DNA of 64,000 nucleotides from a virus. Below are positions 8,863 through 19,400 of the stretch, in pieces (the stretch's first letter is position 1; each line of letters begins with the position of its first letter). The notes beneath the pieces were generated by a model, which worked only from the letters and a program-made list of their open reading frames with translations, was not told the DNA's origin and did no database searches. The stretch covers positions 126,499 through 190,498 of the IMG/VR virus record IMGVR_UViG_3300024520_000049; one strand, 5' to 3'. Made by a program: the position numbers and the translations under genes.

Positions 8863-9312
8863 ATGAAGAAGAAAGAAATAATTGATTGGGTTGAGCGGCG
8901 GTTCTTGCCTCAACTTCGACTTAAGCCGGACGACACTGCGGCCGTCTATTGTCTGGACAGGGAAGGTCGGTATACAATCATCCCACCCACTCCCATGCCG
9001 CACCTGGACCGAGTGTGCGCATACCACATCCGGCGAGCACTGAAAGGGCAGCCCGATGAGACCGCGTGCGACGCCTATGCTGAAGACCCGCTTATCTCTG
9101 ATGGCGGAGACCCGCTGTGGTGCGGCCCAGCAGCAGCCAGTATCTTCAGGCTGTGGTTCCCCGAGCTTCCTCGTGTTGTAGCGACTCATTTAGAGGAGGT
9201 GCTTGACGATTACATCGTAGTCGTGCACAGTGCCTACGTTTACGGGGTTTTCCGAAGAGGGCACAGGCTTACGGAAGTGGCACGTAAACATTACGATAGC
9301 AGGAAGAGCTAA
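8863..9312 (+). CDS. hypothetical protein
   Basis: 149-aa ORF that opens a + strand operon. Confidence 0.6.
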   Translation: MKKKEIIDWVERRFLPQLRLKPDDTAAVYCLDREGRYTIIPPTPMPHLDRVCAYHIRRALKGQPDETACDAYAEDPLISDGGDPLWCGPAAASIFRLWFPELPRVVATHLEEVLDDYIVVVHSAYVYGVFRRGHRLTEVARKHYDSRKS

Positions 9313-9316
9313 GACT

Positions 9317-9511
9317 ATGCAAAAAGGTGACTTACTACGATGCACAGAGTGCGGCTACAGGTTTGAGGACGATGATGTCCCAGTCTGCCCGAAGTGTGGA
9401 AGTGAGTCATATGTGGGGCCTGATACAGGCCTTAACGAAGACGAAGAGCTTGAGTATTACAAAACTTTCTATATTGACGAACTCGAAGAAGATGAGGAGG
9501 ATGACGAATGA
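9317..9511 (+). CDS. small zinc-ribbon protein with an acidic tail
   Basis: CTECG...CPKCGS. Confidence 0.65.
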   Translation: MQKGDLLRCTECGYRFEDDDVPVCPKCGSESYVGPDTGLNEDEELEYYKTFYIDELEEDEEDDE

Positions 9512-10233
9512 CAGATAAACCACAATCACGAGATAGTATTCTTGAGGCAATCTCCGGCGATACCGGACTGGCTATCGACGAGATTCGGGCAGCGCTGACA
9601 AAGACTGTCAGTACTCCAGGAGATTACGCTGCTAAAGTGCACCAGGCCGCCGAGCCGTTGGAGCCCTTTTTTAACACCATTTTCACATATTATGTGGACA
9701 GCGAGGATGTGCATACTTACTACTGGAATGGTTCTTTGGTGGATGCCCCAGGCGTGCTGCAGATGTTGCAGATGATCTGGTCCCAGGCTGAAACACTCAG
9801 CATCTCCCCTACGGAGCAAGCGCCACTTCAAATTAAGGAGATCGCACTGGCTCAGCCCGAGGACAACCGGGAGCACTTAGGCCAGCTCTTTGACGATTTG
9901 GTATCCCACACATCGCCGGCCGAGGCCGCTGCCTGTTTGGTATTTGTAGCACAGGTGAACGACGAGAAGAAGACCGTTGACCGGATCGTTCACATGGCTC
10001 TCGGCCCTAAGAATGTTGTCGTCGGACTCTCCGCAAGTCTCTGCCACGCAATGGAGCACGTTCTGTATCAGGTAGTCCAGGCCATTAAGCAGGACAAGCC
10101 GGTGCAGGACCATCTCTACATGCGCCCAGCACCACCGGCGGAAGACGCACCATCCGGGCCTGATCCTATCCCGTTTAAGCCCGACAAGGCTAAGAGAAAC
10201 AAGCGCAAAGCCGCGAGAAAGAAGCGTGGATGA
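9508..10233 (+). CDS. hypothetical protein
   Basis: ATGA overlap, GAGGAGG site. Confidence 0.7.
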   Translation: MTDKPQSRDSILEAISGDTGLAIDEIRAALTKTVSTPGDYAAKVHQAAEPLEPFFNTIFTYYVDSEDVHTYYWNGSLVDAPGVLQMLQMIWSQAETLSISPTEQAPLQIKEIALAQPEDNREHLGQLFDDLVSHTSPAEAAACLVFVAQVNDEKKTVDRIVHMALGPKNVVVGLSASLCHAMEHVLYQVVQAIKQDKPVQDHLYMRPAPPAEDAPSGPDPIPFKPDKAKRNKRKAARKKRG

Positions 10234-10807
10234 AGCACCATTACAGTCAACTCAGGACCTTATCGAGAACAGGTTCAACCCCACGCTCCCGGCAGACGTC
10301 AAAGCTTACCTACTGATCGGGGAAGTGGACGTGGCCGGCAGAGGGTACGGGCTGGTTCACAGCAAGGGGGATCCCTCACAAACCGAGCTTATGCTGGAGG
10401 ACAAGATACCTACGGCTATAAAGCACTTTGCGCTGATGCAGTCCTCGCCTAAGTACGCAACCCACCGGCGGCTAGTAATGGGCGAGCACCTCACACCCGA
10501 GCGCTCACTCTGGCTGCTCCGCTCCGCCAAGGTTTTAGAGGACGCTATGACAAGCTTCTTCCTAATCTGCGTGCAGGAGCCTAACAATCACTACATTGCA
10601 GTAATGCATGGTCGCAACATGCCGCTGACCTTTGTAAGTACGATCAATGCACTGCATATTATCGACGAGAATCGCCGAGAGAATGGACGTGCTGGGTTTA
10701 TGCATCTGGTTGAGCCGCACATACCGATTGTGAAGCTGCCCCAGGAGCCTGCCCTGCCGCCTCCTGCACCCTCACCAATATGGCCGGATAAACACTGGAT
10801 GAACTGA
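10226..10807 (+). CDS. hypothetical protein
   Basis: Coupled 193-aa ORF. Confidence 0.65.
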   Translation: MDEAPLQSTQDLIENRFNPTLPADVKAYLLIGEVDVAGRGYGLVHSKGDPSQTELMLEDKIPTAIKHFALMQSSPKYATHRRLVMGEHLTPERSLWLLRSAKVLEDAMTSFFLICVQEPNNHYIAVMHGRNMPLTFVSTINALHIIDENRRENGRAGFMHLVEPHIPIVKLPQEPALPPPAPSPIWPDKHWMN

Positions 10808-10818
10808 GGTGGAGATAA

Positions 10819-11217
10819 GTGGCCATGACGATTGACAAAGCCATAGCGCTATTGCAGAGCCTCACCTACAAGCCGCATTGGAAGCTGAAGGTGACATACA
10901 GTGAGGCCGACGATCTGGCCTACCTTCGGTTGAAGGTCAAGACGGAGTGCACACGCACAGGTGAGATGGTACAATTTGCTACCGATACGAAAATAGCCAT
11001 CTCACCATACTGCAACCGACCACTGCAGTTTGACACTGGTGAGGCGGAGCTCTTACAGGCCGTCCGGCAGTGGATACACGAACTTGAACTACACGAAGCA
11101 GATGAATGGCTGCAGGTAGATGGGAAGATGGTCTTTGACCCACATCCCGTACCCTACAAGCCAGGACGAAGTTACGTAGAGGCAACGCCAGCTGGGCACA
11201 GGCTTCAGAAGGTATGA
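10819..11217 (+). CDS. hypothetical phage protein
   Basis: ELHEADEW...VFDPH motif resembling phage hypotheticals. Confidence 0.7.
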   Translation: MAMTIDKAIALLQSLTYKPHWKLKVTYSEADDLAYLRLKVKTECTRTGEMVQFATDTKIAISPYCNRPLQFDTGEAELLQAVRQWIHELELHEADEWLQVDGKMVFDPHPVPYKPGRSYVEATPAGHRLQKV

Positions 11218-11513
11218 AGATGCGGATGGTTCATCCGGATGTGCGATCGCGGCCGGAAGGCTTTATGATCGTATTTCCCGACGACACAGCTCTTATCGTT
11301 TTCGAGCGCGGCTTAGATGGCGCTGTCGAATGTGGCAAAGCGCTGTGCCGTTTAGGTTACAGCCAATGGACGACAGACGACGGAACACTGTATTACGCAG
11401 GAATACTGGACGGGCATAACTATGAGCAGGAGGTCAGACACGGGTGGCTCGTTGAGGAGGCCTTGCAGAGCATGCGCCAGGAATTACACGAAGAGGACGA
11501 AGATGAAGGATGA
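11214..11513 (+). CDS. hypothetical protein
   Basis: ATGA overlap. Confidence 0.6.
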   Translation: MKMRMVHPDVRSRPEGFMIVFPDDTALIVFERGLDGAVECGKALCRLGYSQWTTDDGTLYYAGILDGHNYEQEVRHGWLVEEALQSMRQELHEEDEDEG

Positions 11514-11787
11514 TAAAGAAGCCTTAGAGGGCTCTCGGGCCGCAGACGGCCAGGAGCCCGCAAATCAGCCTAAAGTCGCGCAGGAGCCGCCAGACGGCCA
11601 CCAGCGGGCGAATTTGGCACGTAAGGTTGTCGACATGACAGCCTACATCGAAACGCTACAGATGCGTTACAAGGAGAGCTTAAACAAAGCAAACAGCCTG
11701 CTGGGAACAATTGAGCAGATAAGAGTGGAGCGGGATAAGCTCCAACGACTGCTTGATCATGATATGCAGGCGGGACCTCGTGGGTAA
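11503..11787 (+). CDS. coiled-coil hypothetical protein
   Basis: GAGG site; heptad pattern. Confidence 0.6.
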   Translation: MKDDKEALEGSRAADGQEPANQPKVAQEPPDGHQRANLARKVVDMTAYIETLQMRYKESLNKANSLLGTIEQIRVERDKLQRLLDHDMQAGPRG

Positions 11788-11949
11788 CCGCGACGACATC
11801 CCAAGTTCCCAGACGCTGGCCACTCTGGCCATGTTGGTGCTTCTCGCCATACTACTGCTGCTAACGGCAGTTCTCGGCGTATAGCCTGACGAAACCTCGG
11901 CACTTGTTTCAAAGTACCGAGGTATGTATCACCTGAACGGAGAGAATTC

Positions 11950-12216
11950 ATGGACGTGATGGAGCCTTGGGTATTCGTGGTTGTGTTCGTGGTAGTTGTA
12001 GAAATAGTCGTCTCGGCATTGCTGGTATACAGCATCTGCCGGGCGATTCGCCAGCAGAGTGTGGAGCTGAAGAAGACAGCAGCGCTTACTCTGAGGGTCC
12101 AGCTACACCTTGAGGAGGTAAACACAGGACAGACACAGATCTTAGAGACTCTGAAAGAAGTAACCCCAACCCTCGTGAAGATAAGCGAGATTTACCAAAA
12201 GGAGAAAGATGAGTGA
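11950..12216 (+). CDS. membrane protein (one TM plus coiled coil)
   Basis: Val-rich hydrophobic segment. Confidence 0.6.
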   Translation: MDVMEPWVFVVVFVVVVEIVVSALLVYSICRAIRQQSVELKKTAALTLRVQLHLEEVNTGQTQILETLKEVTPTLVKISEIYQKEKDE

Positions 12217-12589
12217 TGACGTAACGCCTTGGCGCCCCGAGGATGCTGCAGAGCAAATGCGGGAGAAGATCAGGGAAGAATTCACCAAGCTCATCCCCGA
12301 TGAGCAACTGGACAAAATGATCCAGGATACTATCACCAACTTTATGAGGACAGACCTCGACAAGTTGGTGCGACATAACCTCCAGCAGGAGATCGCGACG
12401 CGTCTAAGGGATTACTTCGAAAAGCCAGAATGGCAGGAGCAGTGGTCTTATTCAGACGTTGATGGCGGCCAAGATATCGCCGGCGAAGCCGTGATGAAGT
12501 TAATAGAGAAGCACTCAATGTCGTTGATGCAGAGCATTCTCGCCAACGCAGTGCAGCAAGTGTTTACGAACATGCGCCACCAGCTGTAA
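12209..12589 (+). CDS. hypothetical protein
   Basis: AAGGAG site; coupled ORF. Confidence 0.7.
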   Translation: MSDDVTPWRPEDAAEQMREKIREEFTKLIPDEQLDKMIQDTITNFMRTDLDKLVRHNLQQEIATRLRDYFEKPEWQEQWSYSDVDGGQDIAGEAVMKLIEKHSMSLMQSILANAVQQVFTNMRHQL

Positions 12590-12630
12590 GGTCGCTTGAT
12601 TTAACAGCGATCACCAAGTAAAAAACCCAG

Positions 12631-12670
12631 AAGCCCGCCAAGCGCAAATATGCTGCTTGAGCGGGCTTTT
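12631..12670 (+). terminator. rho-independent terminator
   Basis: aagcccgc..gcgggctttt. Confidence 0.6.
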
Positions 12671-12703
12671 GATTTAATGGCCGCAGATTTATAGGAGACG
12701 AAG

Positions 12704-13021
12704 ATGACGAAAGTGAATTTACGAGGAAGAGAGTGTGAAGTGCAGATGAGTCGTTACTGCGAGGGTGATCGCTTAGCGATTCGCCTGATCAGTGTAGAGG
12801 ATGGGATGCCTGAGGCTGTGGCAACCATTAACGTACCGGGGATAAAATTGGCTGAGGACGAGGTCCTGCTCAAGGACTATTCCGAAGGTACGGCCGTGGT
12901 CGATGCTCTGGTGGAAGCCGGCGTTGTGGAGCTTGCCAAGCCTCGCAGAGCTTGCAAGGTCTCCTCATTTGTAACTACGCAGGTGTACAAGGTGCTGGTG
13001 GAGGTGCCCCAATGCGGTTGA
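12704..13021 (+). CDS. DUF4313-like protein
   Basis: LAIRL...PEAVATINV...DEVLLKDYSE pattern. Confidence 0.55.
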   Translation: MTKVNLRGRECEVQMSRYCEGDRLAIRLISVEDGMPEAVATINVPGIKLAEDEVLLKDYSEGTAVVDALVEAGVVELAKPRRACKVSSFVTTQVYKVLVEVPQCG

Positions 13022-13518
13022 GCAAGGATCACTGCTTAAACCCGACAGTATCTACCTGCTGGTGGTGTGGAGGAGAAAAGAATGAGGTCATCCTCACAGG
13101 CGCCGCTGGTGAGAAGATGGCTAAGTCTATGGGCTTTAAGGACGGGAAAATGCCCATGAACACCATCATGGATATGGACCCTTGCGACAAATGCCTGGGC
13201 CACCAGGAGCTCGGGGTAATGTTTGTGTCCGTAAAGGAAGATGACCTCGAGAAGTACGCTGAAGCTCAGTCGTACAACAAGGGGCTGGATCCAAACAACC
13301 GACACCATCAGAACCTGTATAAGCGGGTCATTCCAGAGCGGACAGGCCCAATGTGCGTACTCACTGAAGAGGGTGCTCGCAAGCTCCCCATCGAGCCTCC
13401 CGAAATGCTTGAAGGGATCATCAAAAAGCGCTGCTGTATGGTTCCAGAGAGCGTATACGAAGCGTTCGGATTCCCTAACGAAGACATCAACAACCTGGAG
13501 GACGACGATGAAATATGA
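13012..13518 (+). CDS. zinc-binding hypothetical protein
   Basis: GGAGGT site; LNPT..CWWC and PCDKC. Confidence 0.7.
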   Translation: MRLSKDHCLNPTVSTCWWCGGEKNEVILTGAAGEKMAKSMGFKDGKMPMNTIMDMDPCDKCLGHQELGVMFVSVKEDDLEKYAEAQSYNKGLDPNNRHHQNLYKRVIPERTGPMCVLTEEGARKLPIEPPEMLEGIIKKRCCMVPESVYEAFGFPNEDINNLEDDDEI

Positions 13519-14095
13519 GTGCACCGAGGAGCTGTTTAACAAGGCTGTGGAAGCACACCAGATGATTGTTATCAGGGATGAAGGCCTTAGTCGACACCTC
13601 CGGTTTAAGAAGCCGGAAACAACCGACATGTACTTCGACCTCATTACTTGGCGTGGGCATCTTTGCTACACTGGGGACATGGGAACGTATGTGTTTACGC
13701 GTGTCGATGACATGTTCAAGTTCTTCAGAGGCGATCGCATCAATCCCGGCTACTGGGAAGAGAAGTGCATCGCCAGCCAAACCCGCATGAGAGGCAACGG
13801 GATCAAGGCGTTTGATGTCGACACGTTCAATGACACAGTGCGTGAGTACATCAAGAATTACTGGGAACTGGATGTCGTCCCCGAGGACCTGCAGGCGGAG
13901 CTGGATCGTGAGGTACTTTGCCATCACGAGAATGAGTACGAGGCTTATCAAGCCGCGCACAACTTCAGCTTCAAAGAGTACAACTTCTACGACTGCGAAG
14001 GCCTCTGCGGGTGGATTTACACCTACCACTTCATCTGGTGCTTGCGGGCGTTGGTGTGGGGTATCAACCAGTACGACAAATCGAAGGAGGACTGA
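13508..14095 (+). CDS. conserved phage hypothetical protein
   Basis: FDLITWRGHLCYTGDMGTYVF...DMFKFFR...INPGYWEEK resembles a widespread phage family. Confidence 0.75.
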   Translation: MKYECTEELFNKAVEAHQMIVIRDEGLSRHLRFKKPETTDMYFDLITWRGHLCYTGDMGTYVFTRVDDMFKFFRGDRINPGYWEEKCIASQTRMRGNGIKAFDVDTFNDTVREYIKNYWELDVVPEDLQAELDREVLCHHENEYEAYQAAHNFSFKEYNFYDCEGLCGWIYTYHFIWCLRALVWGINQYDKSKED

Positions 14096-14720
14096 TGCGG
14101 GGCGTATCATCTGCGCTTGCAGACAGGGACGGGGTGATGGCGGCAGTAATTCAAAATCACCCGAAACTCAACAAAATCCATGTGGCTGAATCCTACGCAC
14201 AGCTTAGGCTCCAGCCGGATTTCACCTTCCGCATTATCATTGAGAGCATGGACCGACAACTGTTGGAGGATACTAATGCCGCGTCTGGGTAGGCCGGTCA
14301 AAGATGCTGCCTCTGCCCGGTGTTTATGCAGGAATCTCGGCAGTAGTAACGATAACCCGTTCCTTACCTCCAAGATTTGGCGCGGGTCCTGGTTCGGCCT
14401 TAAGCGCGCTATCATACGCGCCACCAATCCCGACTGGGCGCTGGACAACCAACTAGTGGAGGATTTTAGGGATGCGAAGACAGGTTCAGTGTTCCCTCAG
14501 AACGGGCGCCGTTAAAAACGAAGTTATCTGGGAGGTGCGGGAGATGCTTGCCTCCAACATACAAGCGGCAATATGGCGTGGCGTGAGGGGAGGACGATAC
14601 AAGGCCCAAAAGGTATGGAAGGAAATGGTGTACAATCCGTACACCGAAGCAGAATCTGAGTTGTGGCGACACGTCACAAGACCATTGATGGACGACATAA
14701 AAGAGGACTCTTATGAGTGA
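14095..14720 (+). other. three diverged mini-genes of the QLxED family
   Basis: 14095-14292 (RQLLED), 14276-14515 (NQLVED), 14472-14720 (DIKED). Confidence 0.5.
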
Positions 14721-15249
14721 AAAAGACGAAGTAGTTGAGAAGTTGAAGCAGTCACAGCTGCTGCCGGAAGTACTGGTAGTGCCAGAAGAGCACCGGGCGA
14801 TGGTAGATGAGCTGGAGGAGAACCTCCACGTCAGCGCACTCGCAGTCAAGCTGGCGAACAAGGATCACTACCACCGTCACAATGATTTCTGGAACTATCT
14901 GCGTGAGCAGGTGTTTCCCGAGTCGACGATGACTACCACCACATACGTAGACGGCAAGGTCTTCCTCCGCCGACCAAGCTACGAGGAGCTCGAGCGGGAG
15001 GTGCGGCTGCTTAAGAAGATGTTTGTAAAGGATCAGAAGTATTCCTTAGCCGCAGAGATGCGTGATATGGAGAAGCTTGTGAGCGATGTGCAGGATCTGA
15101 TCCAGACAGAGCCAGGGGTGCTCGTCGAGGCGCACCTCACGCTGAAGACCATGATTCAAGATGTGAGTCGTGAGATGGCGAAAAAGCACGGGTTTCAGTG
15201 GGACGGGCCAGCCGGGGAGGAGCCTGGCGGTGGAGAGCAGCCGTCTTGA
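14713..15249 (+). CDS. hypothetical protein with a UVR-like motif
   Basis: VKDQKYSLAAEMRD. Confidence 0.65.
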   Translation: MSEKDEVVEKLKQSQLLPEVLVVPEEHRAMVDELEENLHVSALAVKLANKDHYHRHNDFWNYLREQVFPESTMTTTTYVDGKVFLRRPSYEELEREVRLLKKMFVKDQKYSLAAEMRDMEKLVSDVQDLIQTEPGVLVEAHLTLKTMIQDVSREMAKKHGFQWDGPAGEEPGGGEQPS

Positions 15250-15658
15250 GCTGCAGCTCCGTTCAAGGCCGTGGCTGAATGCCGAGCTGGCCTTGCCGGA
15301 GAACGGACAAGCAAAGCGACTCCTGATGGAGGCGCATTTAGGAATGCAGCATCATCTGAGGACAGTGGTGCACCCGGTAGAAGATCAGATGACAGCTGAG
15401 CACGGGCATGAGATCCTCGATTAGGGAGAAAGAAATGGCGAAGAAAAAGACGGTAGCGCGGCTCTCAGAGATTCCTCTGGGCGGCCTGTTTGTACACGTG
15501 GCACCCTATATCAAAGTGTCCAAAACTATGGGCTTGCCGGTTATTGCCACAGGCCGAGACGATGCTGTGACTAAGCGGAAGTTCAAAGCTAATCAGGAGG
15601 TGGAGCTTCCGAAGGCGCTTAAGATCACCGGCAAGCAGGGCTCCATGGTAAATGTTCA

Positions 15659-16513
15659 GTGGTGAGCGTCAAAGACCGATTTCCGGACAACACGACGTTG
15701 GCGGATTTCGTGGATGTACGGATTGCGCATGAAGCACTGGAGCAGCTCTCCCGCGCATATGCTCACCCAGAGGGGGGCCCATGGGGGGTCCCTCTTCACG
15801 TAGCAACACCCATAATGGAGCAGCTGGCCAATGAAACTTGTCGAGCGCAACTTATCTCGTACGTCGGACTCGGAGTTCAGTAGTGCCCGCGACCTTTCAT
15901 GGGACGCGGTTGTCGACGCGACCTCTGAGGCGGCCTGGGATCTGATGGGGGATTTGTATTATGCGGGCCACCCATCCTGGCCCAACGACCCAGTGATGTG
16001 GGTTCGCGAAGAGGTGGATCTAAACGTCTGGGACGACCATAACAATTAAGGAGGCGCAAATGCGCTTATGTAACAACATCGTAGACGTGCTGCACGATCT
16101 TTCACATGTGAGCGCCGGCCACACAATAACGGAGCTTTACGTGGATCATGACGCTTCCCAACCCGTCATGGCTTTGTGGGAGAGCGGGCTGATGCAGCTA
16201 TCTGATGAGCTCATTACTACTACTCGGGACACGATTCGTGAGGCTCGGTAACAAAGTTCACCGTTTCGTGTCAGAGATAAGCCACGCGTTCCGCAACAAC
16301 ATGCAGCCCACCCACGCGCATGCTGCGGTGGGTAAAGTCGCAGAAATCGCCCATCAAGTACGCGCGGAAATTCTACCCCGGAAGCGTATAATGTTAACCT
16401 TCGCAGAGGATGATTTTCTATATGAGTACGATCTCACGAGCCACAGCACGTTTGAACGAACTTGGCGTGAAAAAGGCCGAGGAACTATGGAGCTACCCAG
16501 TAATGAAGCTTGA
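15659..16513 (+). other. run of coupled mini-genes, probably diverged members of the array family
   Basis: Starts MVSVK, MKLV, MRLC and MRLG; 63-90 aa; overlapping. Confidence 0.45.
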
Positions 16514-16982
16514 AACAATACTTGGCCGGCCGGTCAACGACTTCCTGATGCGTCTGGCGCTCGGTCTGCCGGCGCCTTGGGAGACGTCTAGAGAGTTCTG
16601 GGACCCCGAGCCTTTTGGGCTTCATATGCAGATGACCAAAGGCGGGATGAAGCTAGCCCTCCAGCCCATGCCGCTGACGACGCTTACTAAAGCGGCGTTT
16701 GGTGCGACCTGGGAGCGGTCACTCAGGGCGCTCCTGGCAACCAGTGCGGACGCTCCGCCAACACTGGTGGTTCAGTTCAGCCCCGAGATCCGCACTGTAA
16801 CTGCGAAGATTGTGTTCAACATATCCGGCCAGTCAGATCAGGTGATTGATGTGACCGAACAGTATGCTGCGCACGGATGGAGCGGATCAGAGTGGTATCT
16901 AACCTACAACCCAGAGGAGGACGAGGGTGCCAAAGAAGACGACGGAGCCCACGACGGAGGAGCTGAAGCTTCGACTCCGTGA
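16503..16982 (+). CDS. hypothetical protein
   Basis: ATG 16503 after GGAG. Confidence 0.6.
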   Translation: MKLETILGRPVNDFLMRLALGLPAPWETSREFWDPEPFGLHMQMTKGGMKLALQPMPLTTLTKAAFGATWERSLRALLATSADAPPTLVVQFSPEIRTVTAKIVFNISGQSDQVIDVTEQYAAHGWSGSEWYLTYNPEEDEGAKEDDGAHDGGAEASTP

Positions 16983-17081
16983 CCTGTATCTGGCTGTGCA
17001 GTCAGGTAAAGGCCTATACACCCAAAAAGCGCTGGCGCGGGCGACGCTTGTCCGTGCCGGCTTAATGCCAAAGGAGGAATC

Positions 17082-18038
17082 ATGAGACCTTGCGAACATT
17101 GCGGTGAGCCACTGGAGGAGGGGAGTCATACTAGCAAGAAGTGTCATAAAGAGTGCGCGCGGGAGAGGAAGAACGACCTTCGGCGTGCTAGACGTAGCGA
17201 CCCAGAGAAGCGGGAGAGGGAGCTCGCCCGACGACGCATCGCCAACCTAACACCCGAGCAGCGGGAGAGGAAGAACGCCAGGCAACGCATCGCCAACATG
17301 ACCCCCGAGCAGCGGGAGAGGAAGAACGCTCATCATCGCGCCCGGCGCGCCAACCTCACCCCAGAGCAGAGGGAGAGCAAGAATGCCCTCACCCGTGTCG
17401 CCAATATGACACCAGAGCAGCGGGAGAGGACCCGTGTCGCCAACCTCACCCCAGAGCAGCTGGAGAAGAAGAGAGCCCACAACCGCGTCGCCAACATGAC
17501 GCCAGAGCAGGTGGAGAAGAGGAACGCCCGCAAACGCATCGCCAACATGCCGCCAGAGCAGCGAGAGAGGAAGAACGCCCGCAAACGCATCGCCAACATG
17601 CCGCCAGAGCAGAGGGAGAGGACGAGGGCACGCGCCCGTGTCGCCAACATGACACCAGAGCAGCTGGAGAAGAAGAGAGCCCGCAACGCCAACCCAACCT
17701 CAGAGCAGCGGGAGAAGAAGAACGCCCGCGCCCGTGTCGCCAACATGACACCAGAGCAGCAGGAGAAGGAGAGAGCTCGTCGTCGGCAGCGCATCGCCAA
17801 CCTCACCCCAGAGCAGCGAGAGAGGAAGAACGCCCTCACCCGCATCGCCAACATGACGCCAGAGCAGGTGGAGAAGAGGAACGCTAGCAAACGCGTCGCC
17901 AACCGAACACCCGAGCAGCGGGAGAAGCAGAGGGCCAGCAACTGCAAATGCCGAGCTAACCGGCAACAAACAAACGAGTACTTTGAGATTCTTGGCCTCA
18001 TTGAGGCTCTTCCAGACCTAATCAACGAAACAATATAA
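17082..18038 (+). CDS. zinc-finger + ANxTPEQ repeat protein 1 (about 14 repeats)
   Basis: MRPCEHCGEPLEEG..CHKEC head, repeat array, constant tail QQTNEYFEILGLIEALPDLINETI. Confidence 0.85.
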   Translation: MRPCEHCGEPLEEGSHTSKKCHKECARERKNDLRRARRSDPEKRERELARRRIANLTPEQRERKNARQRIANMTPEQRERKNAHHRARRANLTPEQRESKNALTRVANMTPEQRERTRVANLTPEQLEKKRAHNRVANMTPEQVEKRNARKRIANMPPEQRERKNARKRIANMPPEQRERTRARARVANMTPEQLEKKRARNANPTSEQREKKNARARVANMTPEQQEKERARRRQRIANLTPEQRERKNALTRIANMTPEQVEKRNASKRVANRTPEQREKQRASNCKCRANRQQTNEYFEILGLIEALPDLINETI

Positions 18039-18047
18039 GGAGGAATC

Positions 18048-18722
18048 ATGAGACCTTGTAAGCATTGCGGCGAGCCTCTGGAAGAGGGGAGCTGCCACCG
18101 GACGAAGTATCATAAAGAGTGCGCGCGAGAGAGGAGGAGGGCCCGCTCCCGCATCGCCAACATGACACCAGAGCAGGTGGAGAAGAAGAGGGTCGGGAAC
18201 CGCATCGCCAACTTCACCCCTGAGCAGCGGGAGAAGATCAACGCCCGCCGCCGGCGCGCCAATCTCACCCCAGAGCAGTGGGAGGCGGAGAATTCCAGGC
18301 AGGCCCGCAACCGCGCCAACATGACCCCAGAGCAGCGGGCGAAGCGGAACGCCTACCAACGCGGACGGCGAGCCAACCGCACACCAGAGCAGCGAGAGGA
18401 GTGGAACGCCTACAAACGCCAACACACCGCCAACCTCACCCCAGAGCAGCGGGAGAGCAAGAACGCCCGCTCCCGCATCGCCAACATGACACCAGAGCAG
18501 GTGGAGAAGCAGAGGGCCGGGAACCGCCGCGCCAATCTCACCCCAGAGCAGTGGGAGAAGCGGTTGGCCCCCCAACGCGTCGCCAACATGACACCAGAGC
18601 AGGTGGCGGAGAGGAGGGCCTGCCAAAGTGCCCGCCAACGCGAACAACAACAAACAAACGAATACTTCGAGATTCTTGGCCTCATTGAGGCCCTTCCAGA
18701 TCTAATCAACGAAACAGTATAA
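18048..18722 (+). CDS. zinc-finger + ANxTPEQ repeat protein 2 (about 9 repeats)
   Basis: Same head and tail; TAAGGAGGAATC site. Confidence 0.85.
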   Translation: MRPCKHCGEPLEEGSCHRTKYHKECARERRRARSRIANMTPEQVEKKRVGNRIANFTPEQREKINARRRRANLTPEQWEAENSRQARNRANMTPEQRAKRNAYQRGRRANRTPEQREEWNAYKRQHTANLTPEQRESKNARSRIANMTPEQVEKQRAGNRRANLTPEQWEKRLAPQRVANMTPEQVAERRACQSARQREQQQTNEYFEILGLIEALPDLINETV

Positions 18723-18731
18723 GGAGGAATC

Positions 18732-19391
18732 ATGAGACCCTGTAAGCATTGCGGCGAGCCTTTGGAGGAGGGGCGTGGCTACCGCGCGCAATATCATAAG
18801 GAGTGTCAGCGCGAGAGGAGGAGCCGCCACCACCGCATCGCCAACCTCACCCCCGAGCAGCGGGAGAAGCGGAACGCTAAACAGCGCATTGCCAACATGA
18901 CCCCAGATCAGGTGGAGAAGCAGAGGGCCTATGATCGCGGACGACGCCAAACCCGCACCCCAGAGCAGGTGGAGAAGGACAGAGACCGCTGCCGCATCGC
19001 CAACATGACCCCAGAGCAGGTGGATAAGCGGAACACCCGCCACCGCGACAACATGACACCAGAGCAGCGGGAGAGGAAGAACGCCCGCTACCGCGTCGCC
19101 AACCTCACCCCAGAGCAGCGGGAGAAGGAGAGAGCCCGCAAACGCATCGCCAACCTCACCCCAGAGCAGCTAGAGAAGAACAGAGCCCGCGCCCGTCGCG
19201 CCAACATGACCCCAGAGCAGGTGGAGAGGGTAAGGGCCCAGGCCCGTCGCGCCAACATGACCCCAGAGCAGGTGGAGAGGAGGAGAGCCTACGCCCAGGA
19301 CCTCCGCCACGAACAGCAACAAACAAACGAGTACTTTGAGATTCTTGGCCTCATTGAGGCCCTTCCAGATCTAATCAACGAAACAGTATAA
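18732..19391 (+). CDS. zinc-finger + ANxTPEQ repeat protein 3 (about 9 repeats)
   Basis: Same head and tail; TAAGGAGGAATC site. Confidence 0.85.
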   Translation: MRPCKHCGEPLEEGRGYRAQYHKECQRERRSRHHRIANLTPEQREKRNAKQRIANMTPDQVEKQRAYDRGRRQTRTPEQVEKDRDRCRIANMTPEQVDKRNTRHRDNMTPEQRERKNARYRVANLTPEQREKERARKRIANLTPEQLEKNRARARRANMTPEQVERVRAQARRANMTPEQVERRRAYAQDLRHEQQQTNEYFEILGLIEALPDLINETV

Positions 19392-19400
19392 GGAGGAATC

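Noticed and set aside
17333-18653. Long antisense ORFs over the TPEQ genes
   Set aside because: They are shadows of the repeat sequence, which lacks antisense stops.
17230-19290. CRISPR-like periodicity (about 22-nt cgccaacatgacaccagagcag with about 30-nt gaps)
   Set aside because: The repeats are degenerate and always in frame inside ORFs, the spacers resemble each other, and no cas genes are present. This is a protein repeat.
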